The notes below the pieces were generated by a model. The model worked only from the letters and a program-made list of their open reading frames with translations, did not search any database and was not told where the DNA came from. A program made the position numbers and the translations under genes. A DNA stretch of 33,100 nt from Spirogloea muscicola (taxonomy: Eukaryota). Positions within the stretch are counted from its first letter, which is position 1. Each line of letters begins with the position of its first letter. Shown here in pieces: positions 11,010 through 22,121 of this stretch. Location of the stretch: assembly GCA_009602725.1 (NCBI GenBank), contig WELB01000026.1, positions 793,702-826,801 on the forward strand, in the 5' to 3' direction.

Positions 11010-11050
11010 AGCGGCGGCGGCGGCGGCGGCGGCGACGGCGGCGGCGGTGG
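11010..11050. repeat. (GCG/GGC)n microsatellite upstream of SPT5
   Basis: gcggcggcggcggcggcggcggcgacggcggcggcggtgg read directly. Confidence 0.85.
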
Positions 11051-11196
11051 CGAGTCGGATAATAGACTGACAGGGCGAGCCGGAGCGACAGAGGAGGGGC
11101 CGAGCGGCGGGCGCGAGCAAGGAGAGAGGCGTCGGTGGATGCGGTGTGCGCCTGCGGTGCTGGGAGCCCGAGGGCCGAGGGCGCGGCCGCGGCGGG

Positions 11197-14100
11197 ATGA
11201 AGCGCGGCAGGGCGGCGCCGCGCGACGAGGACGAGGAGGAAGGGGAGGAGGAGGAGGAGGCGGCGGCGGTGGGCGAGAATGGCGGCCAGGAGGACGGGGA
11301 GGAGGAGGAGGAGGAGGAGGCGGAGGAGGAGGAGGAGGAGGACGATGAGGAGGAGGAGGAGGAGGACCGCGGGCGCCGCAAGCGCAAGCGCCGCGCGGGC
11401 GCGGAGCTCTTCGAGGAGGAGGCGGACGTCGCGGAGGACGACGAGGAGGAGGAGGAGGAGGAGGGCGAGGAAGGTGCGGACCGCCACCTTGGCCTTGGGC
11501 TGCCGGCTCCCCCCTTTTGCCCCGCTTGTGCAACCCCCGAGGTTTGAACCCAGGCGGCAACTCTGAGATCCCTAAAGTTGGTTACCATGTACCAAGCGCA
11601 GGGTTCATCATCGACGAAGGCACGGAGCTGGACGGCGACGGGCGCGATGGCGGCGCCAGCGCCCGGGCAGGCCGCCACCCGCGGCCGCCACTGATGGGCG
11701 ACGAGGCCCAGACGGACGAGGACCTGGAGGCGTACATCCAGAAGCGGTACGCGCCGCAGGAGTACGAGGAGTACGAGGAGGGGGAGGCCAACGAGGTGGA
11801 GCAGCAGGCCAACCTGCCGGACGTCAAGGACCCCAAGCTCTGGATGCTCCGGTGCAAGGTCGGCCCATCATACGAAAACCCATCACGGAACGGCCTCCAC
11901 TGTCCAGTGAGCTGACCGCCACCGACGCTGGGCTCGGTGCAGCAGCCTGTCGCCATCTGGATTGGTTATGGGCTGCTGCAGCCCACGAGCTGGCAGCGTG
12001 AGAGGAAAGGCTCGCGTGCTCAATGGCAGTGGCAGACTGCCTGGTCCTCAGCCGCGCTACTGTGCTCTGAGGCAACGGCGTCTGAGACGCGTTCTGATGG
12101 TGGCTGCAGTGGTAACAGGACCAGCCTCTGCTGTGCTTGCTGACCCGAATGCTGAGCAGCAGGGCGTGGAAGTGTGCTGCGCAGCAAGGGCACGAGCGTG
12201 AGGCGGTTGTGAGCTTGATGCAAAAGTTCATCAACCTGGACACCCCCGGCCAGCGGCTGCTCATCAAGTCCGCGGTCGCGCGGGACGACCTGAAGGGCTT
12301 CATTTACGTCGAGGCTGAGCGCGAGTCCCACGTCCGCCAGGTAAGCCTCCCCGTTGGTGTCTGGTCCTCGGTGCTCTTGCTCCAACCTTGTCCTGCCGCT
12401 TGAGTTCCTTCGCCACTTGCACTTGCGTGTAACCCCCCTTCCCCCACCAACACCACCACCCACCCCACCCTAATGAGCTATGGCATCCTCGGTGGGCCGC
12501 TGATTGCTGCAGGCATGCAAGGGCCTTCGGTTGCTGTATGCTTGGAAGATTGATCTGGTGCCAATCAAGGAGATGCCCGATGTCTTGACAGTGGACAAGA
12601 AGGTCGTGGAGATTGATCGCGATATGTGGGTCCGCGTCAAAAATGGCATCTACAAAGGCGACCTTGCTCAGGTATTTAAAGTGTGGCACACCCTGCCCTT
12701 GCACTCACTTGCATTCTGCTTGAGCAGCGGCTTATCTCTATGGCGGGGACTGCGCAAGTGGCCAAACATGTAGGAGGCTGCACGTCGTCAGCACGATTGA
12801 TGATATGCCGAGTCCCTCCTTCCGCAGGTTGTTGATGTCAACGAGGTCGCGCAGCAGGCGACCATCAAGTTGATACCTCGAGTGGACTTGCACCTCCTGG
12901 CTGCTCGCTTGGTAAGTGCTCAACTCCATCCCACTCGTTGACCTCCTTGCCTGCACTAACCTTGTCATTCTTGCCGTCGTCAACATGTACTAAGCTCCAA
13001 TGGCACTTGTGAGACCATTGCCTGATGAGCTGCCTGAGGGGTCAATGTCTGTCCAGGAAGAGCGTGAAGATGCAAAGCGCAAGCGCCCAAGGCCGCCCGC
13101 GCGCTTCTTCACCATGGAGGAAGTGCAGTGAGCACAACTCCATCTGTGCAGCTTCTCAGCCTCGCTCTTACAGGGCACCAGTTTTGACACAGTACCTTGT
13201 GTTTCGAGAATTAGATTACAGCCGCCGCCTGGCATGTCATGTCTCGGCTCCCCTGGTCTCATCTCCTTTCTGTCTAGCCGAAGCTGAAGAAGTGCCTTCT
13301 ATGCTGCGATGCTCGTCCATGTTATCTGTGTCAAGTTGTGCCTGCGCTGAGGAGGTGCCTCCATTTGCAGGGACCTGAGGATCCCGGTGGAAAGGAAGCG
13401 CGACCCCTTGACTGGCGAGCTGTTTGAGCAGTTTTGTGGGATGCGTTTCAAGGATGGCTACTTCTACAAGACGCTGTCGCTGCGCACGCTGGACACCAAG
13501 GGCATCATTCCCACGCTTGACGAGCTCCAGAAGTTTCAACGCCCGGGGGCTGACGGCGACTCTGAGGACCCGCTCAGCCTTGGCTTGGTCAACGGGCTCG
13601 CCACGAAGCTGCGGGGCCAATTCATCAAGGGCGACGTGGTGGAGGTTGTGGAGGGCGACCTCAAGCGTCTCATGGGCACAGTCGAGAAGGTGGAGAACGA
13701 CATGGTGTCCATCCGCGCCAAAGACACGAAGCTCAAGGTCAGCTCTAATGCTGATTCTTCAGCCACAGCAGCGGCTCAATATCCGAGTCAAGCTTGCTTT
13801 GATATATCTCTAACCATCTGCAGCCAGTTATACACACATGCGGATGTAGCTGATGCAGCCTGCTGCGAGTTTGATGCACAATTTCTGGTCTGAATTTTGC
13901 ACGACCCTGCTATCTGCCTGCCAGGACCTTATACCATTGAAGGCCAACCAGCTCAAGAAGTTCTTCAAGATTGGGGACCATGTAAAAGTGATAGCTGGCC
14001 AGCACGATGGTACTTCAGGCCTGCTTGTCAGCGTGCAGGAGTCTGTTGTGGTTGTCCTCTCCGACACTACTCGTGAGCAAGTGAGCTGCATGTCATGTGC

Positions 14101-17100
14101 ATCATGTCCTTTACCCTGAGCAGCGGAGTACCTATTCAGACTGCACGTAAGCCCTTCAATGCACATTCTGTGTTCACCAGGACAACAAGATGACTCCTGC
14201 TTAACTCTGAAGGAGTGGTTGACAGGTTAAAGTGCTCGCAAGGGACATTGTGGAGAGCTCGGAGGTGGCGTCCGGCTTGACCCGCATTGGCGAATTTGAG
14301 CTTCACGACCTTGTTGCGCTCGAGTTAGTGCTCCTATCCACTTCAGTGCAGTCATTTCCAGACTTGCTGTCAAGCCTCTCATCTCCCTGATTCTGGTTAT
14401 GATTGTGGTAAGGTTGTTGAAGATTTTATCATGGTCCAGCTGAAAGTTTGAAGACGTTCTAATAGTCCAGCTGAAGGCGTTGTATTGCGTGGTGACAGCC
14501 GATCAAATTTCGGGCTCATTGTCAAGGTGGAGAAGGATGGATGCTTGGTACGCACGCATCTGCCACAGTGTCTCTTGCGTTAGCTCTTGCTGCTGGCCCT
14601 TGAGGTGTACTATGTGCTGACTGCTAGCGACATGTCACCTTGACGCGCTTGAGGCACTTGGGCCATTGCCAGGTCCTGAGGGGCAAGTCAGAGCGTCAGG
14701 AGGTGACTGCTGTGCATCTACGGGAGCTCCGGCGCAAGATCTTTGACCGGCAGCATCAGGCGCAGGATCGCAACATGGCGAGCCTGTGCGTCAAGGACCC
14801 AGTGCGCATAGTGGATGGCCCTTTCAAGGTCAGGACAATAGCACATCATTGTCACCTGTCGAAGCCTGCCCATTGTTTATTCCTCTACTGTAGGCTTGCT
14901 AGTTTAGAGTCAACAGTTGTGACTGCAGCATGCACTTCATCTGATGGGTAACTTATTTGATCGTTGATCACTTTGTCCTTACGTTGATTTTCTGAGAGCT
15001 CTGTTTCGGCCAATCCTTGCAGGAGAAGCAAGGGCCTATTGAGCACATACACAACGACTGGCTATTCATCCATGACCGGAGCCACACTGAGAATGGCGGG
15101 TATATTGGCGTCGCGCCTTTCAAGTGCCAGGCCGTTGGGGGAGGTGCAAGGGGCCTCGACTTAGGGGTAAGACAGTACACGTCTTTCATTGTTGCTAACA
15201 ATTGCAACCATGTTGAGCAGAAGTTGCCATGTGCCACATCGTAGGAGCCTACGTTGGTGAGTGCTGCGAAGTACGGTCAGTTTACCTCATTTGAGCAAAT
15301 CTGCAGGGACCAGCAGAGCTGAGGACAGCATACCCTGCCCTTGAAGCTCTCAGCCCACACTGCCGCCCTTGCTTGTGTTGTGGCCTTCCACCACCATGCA
15401 GAGGCCTCAGCCGCCGGCAATGCTCAACGTGCTCCGGAGTCCCTCGCACCTCCTCCAGTCGCCCCGCCGCAACGCCCCGGGCAGGATGCTGCCAGGACCA
15501 GGTCCGCAATTGAGGCTGTCTCCTTCTAGACTTCAGTACCTCATTGCATGTGCAGCCACTTCATTGGAGGTCACAGGCACTTGAGCATGTGGCGCACATA
15601 TCTGCCAGTAGTCTCCCCACTAACTTTATTGGCACACCAAATGGTCTGCTGTCATGGTGTAGGCATGTTTGGCGGCGGGCGGCATGGGCAGCGGCGGGTT
15701 AGCGGGCTTGTGGGCAAGACGGTGCGCATCAAGGCAGGCCCATACAAGAGCTACAAAGGCCGCGTGGTAGACGCCACTGACACCACTGCTCGTGTGGAGC
15801 TCGAGTCCCAGATGAAGGTCGTCACGGGTAAGCACCACCATGCCCATGATGAACGCCTTCCTTGGAGAACGCAAGCTTGCCTTCATCCTCACCAACTTAG
15901 GTGTCCTTTCAGCTAAAATCACCATGCAATCTCTCTCCAGCGGATACAGTAGGCCAAGCCTTTCTGATCTGCACATCTGTTGGTTGCTGACATTATTGAT
16001 GTCACCATGTGCATGTTGGCTATCAGTGAGGCTGGATCAGTTGCCTGATACGGAATCGATGCAGAATCCATTCAGCACGGCCAGGTAAGATGGAGGTGCT
16101 GCTTGCTGTGCCGCGGCGAGGTATTGAGTCGCCTTGGTTGTCCTTTCTGGGCAGATGGCTCATAGTAGTGTTACCAGACATAAGGTTGACAACAGGCGCT
16201 GTACTAAGCTTCAGGGCTTGGGGTTCAGGTTTAGGGTCTGAGCTGACACTACAGGATGGAGTATTAAACCCAACAGTTGGACCCGTATTTCGCAAAGTTG
16301 TCAGTCTCTGGTCTTGCTGGAAGGCCCTTCAGCATCTGAACGTTTTGATCTTGGGTTCTGACACTTGAATTTATTGCTTCCTCTCCCGTTCTGCTAGAGA
16401 GTCGCCTCAATACGATCAAACGCCGCACCACCCTTCCCGCACCCCCATGCACAACTACATGGCCACCCCGCTCCGCGACCCCACTGGTTTGCACAACACA
16501 TTGGCTGCCATTGTTGTGCTGAAATTGACACAACTCCTGTTCTGCAATGTCTTCAATTGATCTAGGGGTGTAGGGATGAAGGACATCGTGCTCTTTGTCA
16601 GCCAAGCACAAGTTGGGGGCTATACACGTCAGTTGCATACTGCATTTGGCTCGCTCTTCCCTCTTGTTGCTGATAGAAGAGCTGTTATCGTGAAAACGCA
16701 GCCACGCCAATGCACGACGGCATGCGAACGCCGATGCGTGACCGTGCTTGGAACCCTCAGACACCCATGACCCCCATCAGGTCGAGCCTCCCCTCTGCTA
16801 CCTCTTCACCTTTCCGGTGGTGTCTCTGAAATGAGTTGTCCTGCTCTTGTGCACCTTGCACTTGTGTTTTGGATTTTAGTGCAAAGTTGAATGCTGTTGT
16901 GAGTTTCTGAAGTATATGCAGTTTAGGGTGTGAAATCACAAAGCCCTTGCTAGCACGTCCAGTGATGCAACAACTTAGCCTGACTGCAGTGGCTGGTCGT
17001 GCCTGCACTAGTCCCCCACCCTATTTTCCAAGCCCACAAGACCCCAGACAGACATCTTTCCTCAGAACGTCATCAGTCATCAAATCCATCACAAGCCTCT

Positions 17101-19168
17101 CAGATCAGAATCCACAGACCAGAAGATCTCACGAATCGCTCTACAAGAGCCTCACAACATTGCCCTAGCATGAATATAGGGCACGACCTGCCAGTGAAGC
17201 TGTACTTGGAGGCATTCAGCTATGAGAGCTGAGGACTGCTGTGCTAACGTCGAGGCGGGACAAGTCCCTGTCCTGGTGCATACGCTTAAGGGACTGCAGT
17301 CTTACATTGTCTTCCTTCTCTGACCTTGACCCAATGGTTTTGTGGCGCCCCAGGAGCAACACTGACACGGGCACCACAGCATGGGACGAGGCCGACCCCT
17401 CCACTTGGCAGGCGCCTAATCCAACCAGCTCGGGTTATGCAGCGAGCACGCCAGGTGTTTACAATGCCGGGACGCCGGGCGGCAGCAGCGGTGGCGGCTA
17501 TGTTGCCTACACGCCGTTCTCGCCCACTGAGCAGGCCGGCACCCCTCAGGATGGCAGCGGCAAGCAGGTGAAGGGGACGCAATCGCCATTGACCAAGCAA
17601 AGTTGCTGACTTTCAGTCGCTTGGCACCTCCAAAGAATGTGTATATTCATATGTTGATGTGTTGATGACGTCATTCACTATATCTGCTCATAATCTTGTT
17701 CTCCCATGCACACACATCAAATGTTGTGGAACCTGTTACTGTGTGCTAGCGGGAAACACAACCCTGATATTGTGAGATGCAATTGCAGTGCTTAAGCAGT
17801 GCTCAAGCTCCTCTGCTGCTATCCATGTGACATGGGTCTGGCCTGCATTGCATCAGCCTGGAACACCTGGCGGTCGGATGTATGAGGCGCCAACGCCAGG
17901 CGGCGGGTGGACACCTGGTGGAGGAGCAGCTGGCACCTCGTACAATGATGCCAGCAACCCCTACGACGTCAACACGCCTTACGGAGGTCTGCCTTTGACC
18001 TCTTGAACTGCTAAACTGTGCAGACCCTCTTCTGCGATCTTCTCTGTGGCCCTAGATGCAATAAGGGACTGCATGAGGACAGGCCCTTGCGCTTGATTGT
18101 GCACAGTACGAGTTGCACGTATACATAACCTAAGATTCTAGACCCATAAGGAAGTGGATGCATTACCCAGCAGGAAATGCGCCGAGCCCGTCACCATACT
18201 TTCCAGGGACGCCGGGAGGGGGTGGGCAGCCCATGACTCCAGGCGCGTACCCGTCAACCCCAGGTGGCCAGCCCATGACGCCTGGAGATCATTACGGTGA
18301 CGGTGCAGGTATGCTTGGTTGGCAGCTAGGCTGCTGCTTCATCCATACCCCTTCTGTGATGCCAGATGCACATTTGAAACCAAACCACATCAGCTAGGGT
18401 GCACAGTAGGTGCATTATTGCTGCATATTTGGCAAGCCTGTCACAATCTCAAACGAACGAGCTCAGTGACATGGCAAGGCTAGGCAATCCAGCAGTGGGT
18501 GGCTTTTGGCTCACTCTGAGAATACAGTTTCACTGATTGCTGGTGCTGGTGGGGTGTTTCCGCGTGCTCGCTGTTGTTGCAGGCGGGCCCGCGTGGGGCC
18601 TCCCGGAGGTCATCGTGACTGTTCGGCGGCAGGGCGACGAATCACCGGCTGTAATCAAGGAGTTATTACCGGTGAGCCTCTCATTGCTGAATTGCAGCAT
18701 TGCAGCGTGAGTACTTTTGGAGGGATTGTGAATGTGATGCTCAAGCTGCTATTGCTCACATCTCGATGGTGGCCGCCACTGGTGGGCGACTATCGCAGTA
18801 GGCCAGCATGTTGCTTAAGGATGTGTATGACAAGCTCTTGGCCAGGGTCAGATTTCCTACAAATACATGCAGCCTTTAATACCTGCAGAATGACACTTTT
18901 GTTTCTGCTGATTGTCATGTCACAGGATGGAAGCTGCTTGCTGGCACTCGGCGCCTCGGGGGAAGGCGCGGTGGTGACGGCATCGCATGCTGACCTCACG
19001 TTGGTAATGCCCAAGAAGGGGGACCGCATCCGGATCATGTCAGGCGATCTGCGAGGATCATATGGGAAGCTGAAGAACATCAACAACCAGGAGGGGATTG
19101 TTGAGCTGGCTGACACTTTTGATATCAAGTTCCTGCACATGAGCAGCCTGGGCAAGCTTGCTTCTTGA
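11197..19168 (+). CDS. SPT5: Transcription elongation factor SPT5 (DSIF large subunit), ~1091 aa, 22 exons
   Basis: Exons: 11197-11473, 11602-11858, 12185-12340, 12513-12671, 12828-12911, 13057-13127, 13371-13737, 13925-14080, 14226-14323, 14499-14547, 14673-14828, 15023-15166, 15402-15501, 15663-15827, 16027-16084, 16398-16486, 16702-16780, 17354-17567, 17857-17986, 18174(or 18171)-18308, 18583-18671, 18926-19168; total 3276 nt, in frame. Acidic N-terminus; NGN (LPDVKDPKLWMLRCK, LKGFIYVEA); KOWs (WVRVKNGIYKGDLAQV, KGDVVEVVEGDL, FKIGDHVKVIAG, VGKTVRIKAGPYKSYKG); CTR with TP repeats (TPMHDGMRTPMRDRAW, PGTPGG); C-terminal KOW (PKKGDRIRIMSG). Confidence 0.97.
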
Positions 19169-20097
19169 GATCCACTGTCTGGAGTACCACCACCTTCTCC
19201 CAACTCTCGTAATGTAGATAATGCTCCGCTTGGTCAAGAATACCCAACTTGTATTTGAGACAGGGTAACTGGCAGTTCCTCTCTGTGCCAAAATTGCTGC
19301 GGTTTTTGACTTCTCTGTAGGTGCTGGTGGCATTTTGTTTCGTATTTGCAGGCTCTCTTGCTTACAAATGGTTGCCACTTGAAGTAGCCTCGTTCTGATG
19401 TTGATGGCTTGCAAGGTTGCACAGTGGCACTGCCTTTGCCACCTTCATCTAACAATCCGAGCAACACTCCTAGGGGAGTGGCAGTCGGAATTCTGCCTGG
19501 CACAATGAGAAGGCGTTCTTGCATTCTGGTGCTGTTGAGATTGTACTTGTTATGCTACTTGTGCTTGAGTGGTTAACCAGCGTTACATTAAGTGTCTACG
19601 AGGGCTATATTTGCAGGCCATTCGCATCAGTCCTCGAAGTCCAGTGGACTGAGCGCGTTTGTGGAATTGTCACAGTTCTGCGCATTCCAACCCCATCCCG
19701 GTCATGTGCGCAAACGGTCAGCTGAACAGGTGCTTTCTGATGCAAATACTTCTGCGCGCCCTTGCTATACGCCCGAGCAAGAGTCGCCTCAAGCAGAGGG
19801 GCAGAGTGTGGTCAAGCACCAAGTACAGCTCACACAAAGTGGAGTGGAAGTTGGACAATGCATGCACATTGGCATGCTCGATCTCACCAGCAAAGATAAT
19901 GACCTGCAATAATTGCTTGTATAAGTTGTCGAGATAATCCCAGTATTGAGTTTACTAACAATACATTAGGGCATGGGTGGCGAGCCATGCCAGTCATGAT
20001 GCACAACTCAAGCAATGGGGCTTACACAACCATAGGACAGTGGCGTTTCTTACTAAATAAGAGGCAGCTGCCTATTGTCAGTCGCCAGTTGCAATGT

Positions 20098-21052
20098 TTA
20101 TCTGTCCATGGTCTGCTTCTTGAGGTGCTCCTCTGTCTCCGGCGGGTGGCGGTCGATCGTCGCCTTGGTCGGGCCGCGCACCACCTCTGTGCTGCCCGCT
20201 GACAGCTGACGGTACTCCTGCACACAGCCAGCAGAGCGCGACGGCGCCAAAAGCACCATCAAGAGGACGCCTTCGGCGCGCCCAACAAGGCGTTCTTGCC
20301 ACTGGCTTGGCTCAAGCGCCACGTTCTGCGTGACTGTGGCCTCGAGGCCTATCCTTGAAGGAGCAGGGTGGGGCCGGAGGTTGGCACCTGGCAGAGAGCG
20401 CAGGGGTGGCAGAGGAAGTGCGTCTTGATGTCGGTCATGGGGAGCTCCGGCAGGCCATACTTCTCGCGCAGGCGTGTGCGGTACTTGGCGGCGTAGCACG
20501 GCACGCACGTGAACAGGTAGCCCACGGGCCCGATGACGCAGCACAGCGCTGTGCCCCAGACGCCACCTAGGAGTGCGTGCATCAGACATGCCCTGCCAGG
20601 TGCGAGAGTTGCGCAGCAGGTGAGTGGCAAGAACTTCGTGAGACAGACTTCATCAGACAACTTCCAGAGCAACACGAGCGTCATCCCTGTCGCAGCGCTA
20701 AGCGCTCGTGGTTGGCAAGTTAGTGAGGGCCCTCTGCACTAGTTGCACGACAGCAGCGGGCACTGAGCGGCGGAAAGGCCTCGTACGCATACTGTAGATG
20801 TAAGTGCACTGATCACTTCGTGTTTATGGGCTTTTGGTGGACGAGAGAAGCCTTGCAAGAGGAGGCAGACGAGGGGCGGAAGCAGAGCGGCGGCGCTCAC
20901 TTGTAGAAGGACTCCTCGCCGTCGGAGAGCTTGAAGACGTTCTGGGCGAAGAGGACGCAGGGGCAGAGCGCGCCCATGCCGGCGCCCCACTTGTCGCTCC
21001 ACACGTCTTTGAGCCCGTCGATCCACTGCGGGCTCGACCCCACCGGCGCCAT
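20098..21052 (-). CDS. PLAC8-family cysteine-rich protein (plant PCR/CNR/FWL group, most like CNR8-type), ~158 aa
   Basis: Exons (-): 21052-20901, 20592-20388, 20217-20098 give MAPVGSSPQWIDGLKDVWSD...LCPCVLFAQN...YK|ACLMHALL...CYAAKYRTRLREKYGLPELPMTDIKTHFLCHPCALCQ|EYRQL...*. CPC, RxxLRxKYGL and CxxCALCQEYR are PLAC8 hallmarks. An extra 5' exon could lie in the gap. Confidence 0.88.
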
Positions 21053-21125
21053 GCCCGCCGCGCGCGCGGGCCTGCGCCGCCGAGCCCCGGGCTCCTGGCT
21101 CGCAGGACCCCGCGGGCGCGTGCCG

Positions 21126-22121
21126 NNNNNNNNNNNNNNNNNNNNNNNNNNNNNNNNNNNNNNNNNNNNNNNNNNNNNNNNNNNNNNNNNNNNNNNNNNN
21201 NNNNNNNNNNNNNNNNNNNNNNNNNNNNNNNNNNNNNNNNNNNNNNNNNNNNNNNNNNNNNNNNNNNNNNNNNNNNNNNNNNNNNNNNNNNNNNNNNNNN
21301 NNNNNNNNNNNNNNNNNNNNNNNNNNNNNNNNNNNNNNNNNNNNNNNNNNNNNNNNNNNNNNNNNNNNNNNNNNNNNNNNNNNNNNNNNNNNNNNNNNNN
21401 NNNNNNNNNNNNNNNNNNNNNNNNNNNNNNNNNNNNNNNNNNNNNNNNNNNNNNNNNNNNNNNNNNNNNNNNNNNNNNNNNNNNNNNNNNNNNNNNNNNN
21501 NNNNNNNNNNNNNNNNNNNNNNNNNNNNNNNNNNNNNNNNNNNNNNNNNNNNNNNNNNNNNNNNNNNNNNNNNNNNNNNNNNNNNNNNNNNNNNNNNNNN
21601 NNNNNNNNNNNNNNNNNNNNNNNNNNNNNNNNNNNNNNNNNNNNNNNNNNNNNNNNNNNNNNNNNNNNNNNNNNNNNNNNNNNNNNNNNNNNNNNNNNNN
21701 NNNNNNNNNNNNNNNNNNNNNNNNNNNNNNNNNNNNNNNNNNNNNNNNNNNNNNNNNNNNNNNNNNNNNNNNNNNNNNNNNNNNNNNNNNNNNNNNNNNN
21801 NNNNNNNNNNNNNNNNNNNNNNNNNNNNNNNNNNNNNNNNNNNNNNNNNNNNNNNNNNNNNNNNNNNNNNNNNNNNNNNNNNNNNNNNNNNNNNNNNNNN
21901 NNNNNNNNNNNNNNNNNNNNNNNNNNNNNNNNNNNNNNNNNNNNNNNNNNNNNNNNNNNNNNNNNNNNNNNNNNNNNNNNNNNNNNNNNNNNNNNNNNNN
22001 NNNNNNNNNNNNNNNNNNNNNNNNNNNNNNNNNNNNNNNNNNNNNNNNNNNNNNNNNNNNNNNNNNNNNNNNNNNNNNNNNNNNNNNNNNNNNNNNNNNN
22101 NNNNNNNNNNNNNNNNNNNNN
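21126..22121. other. Assembly gap (996 N)
   Basis: Run of N between two very GC-rich flanks; it probably hides the shared upstream region of the divergent PLAC8 and synaptotagmin genes. Confidence 0.99.

Larger units (their letters stand above)
10337..11196. promoter_or_regulatory. Putative bidirectional promoter and 5' leaders of the divergent PMIR (-) and SPT5 (+) genes
   Basis: The two first ATGs (10336 on -, 11197 on +) are ~860 bp apart. A more A/T-rich core (~10730-10990, with repeated CCGAAA) is flanked by CpG-rich leaders with GGC microsatellites. TSS positions are inferred, not seen. Confidence 0.6.

Noticed and set aside
10864..11678. - strand ORFs with poly-Leu, poly-Ser and poly-Pro (TM-like or extensin-like)
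   Set aside because: Reverse complement of the (GAG)n acidic tract of SPT5 exon 1.
16398..18308. TP/PGTPG repeats as a novel repeat protein
   Set aside because: These are the known SPT5 C-terminal repeat regions targeted by CDK9-type kinases.
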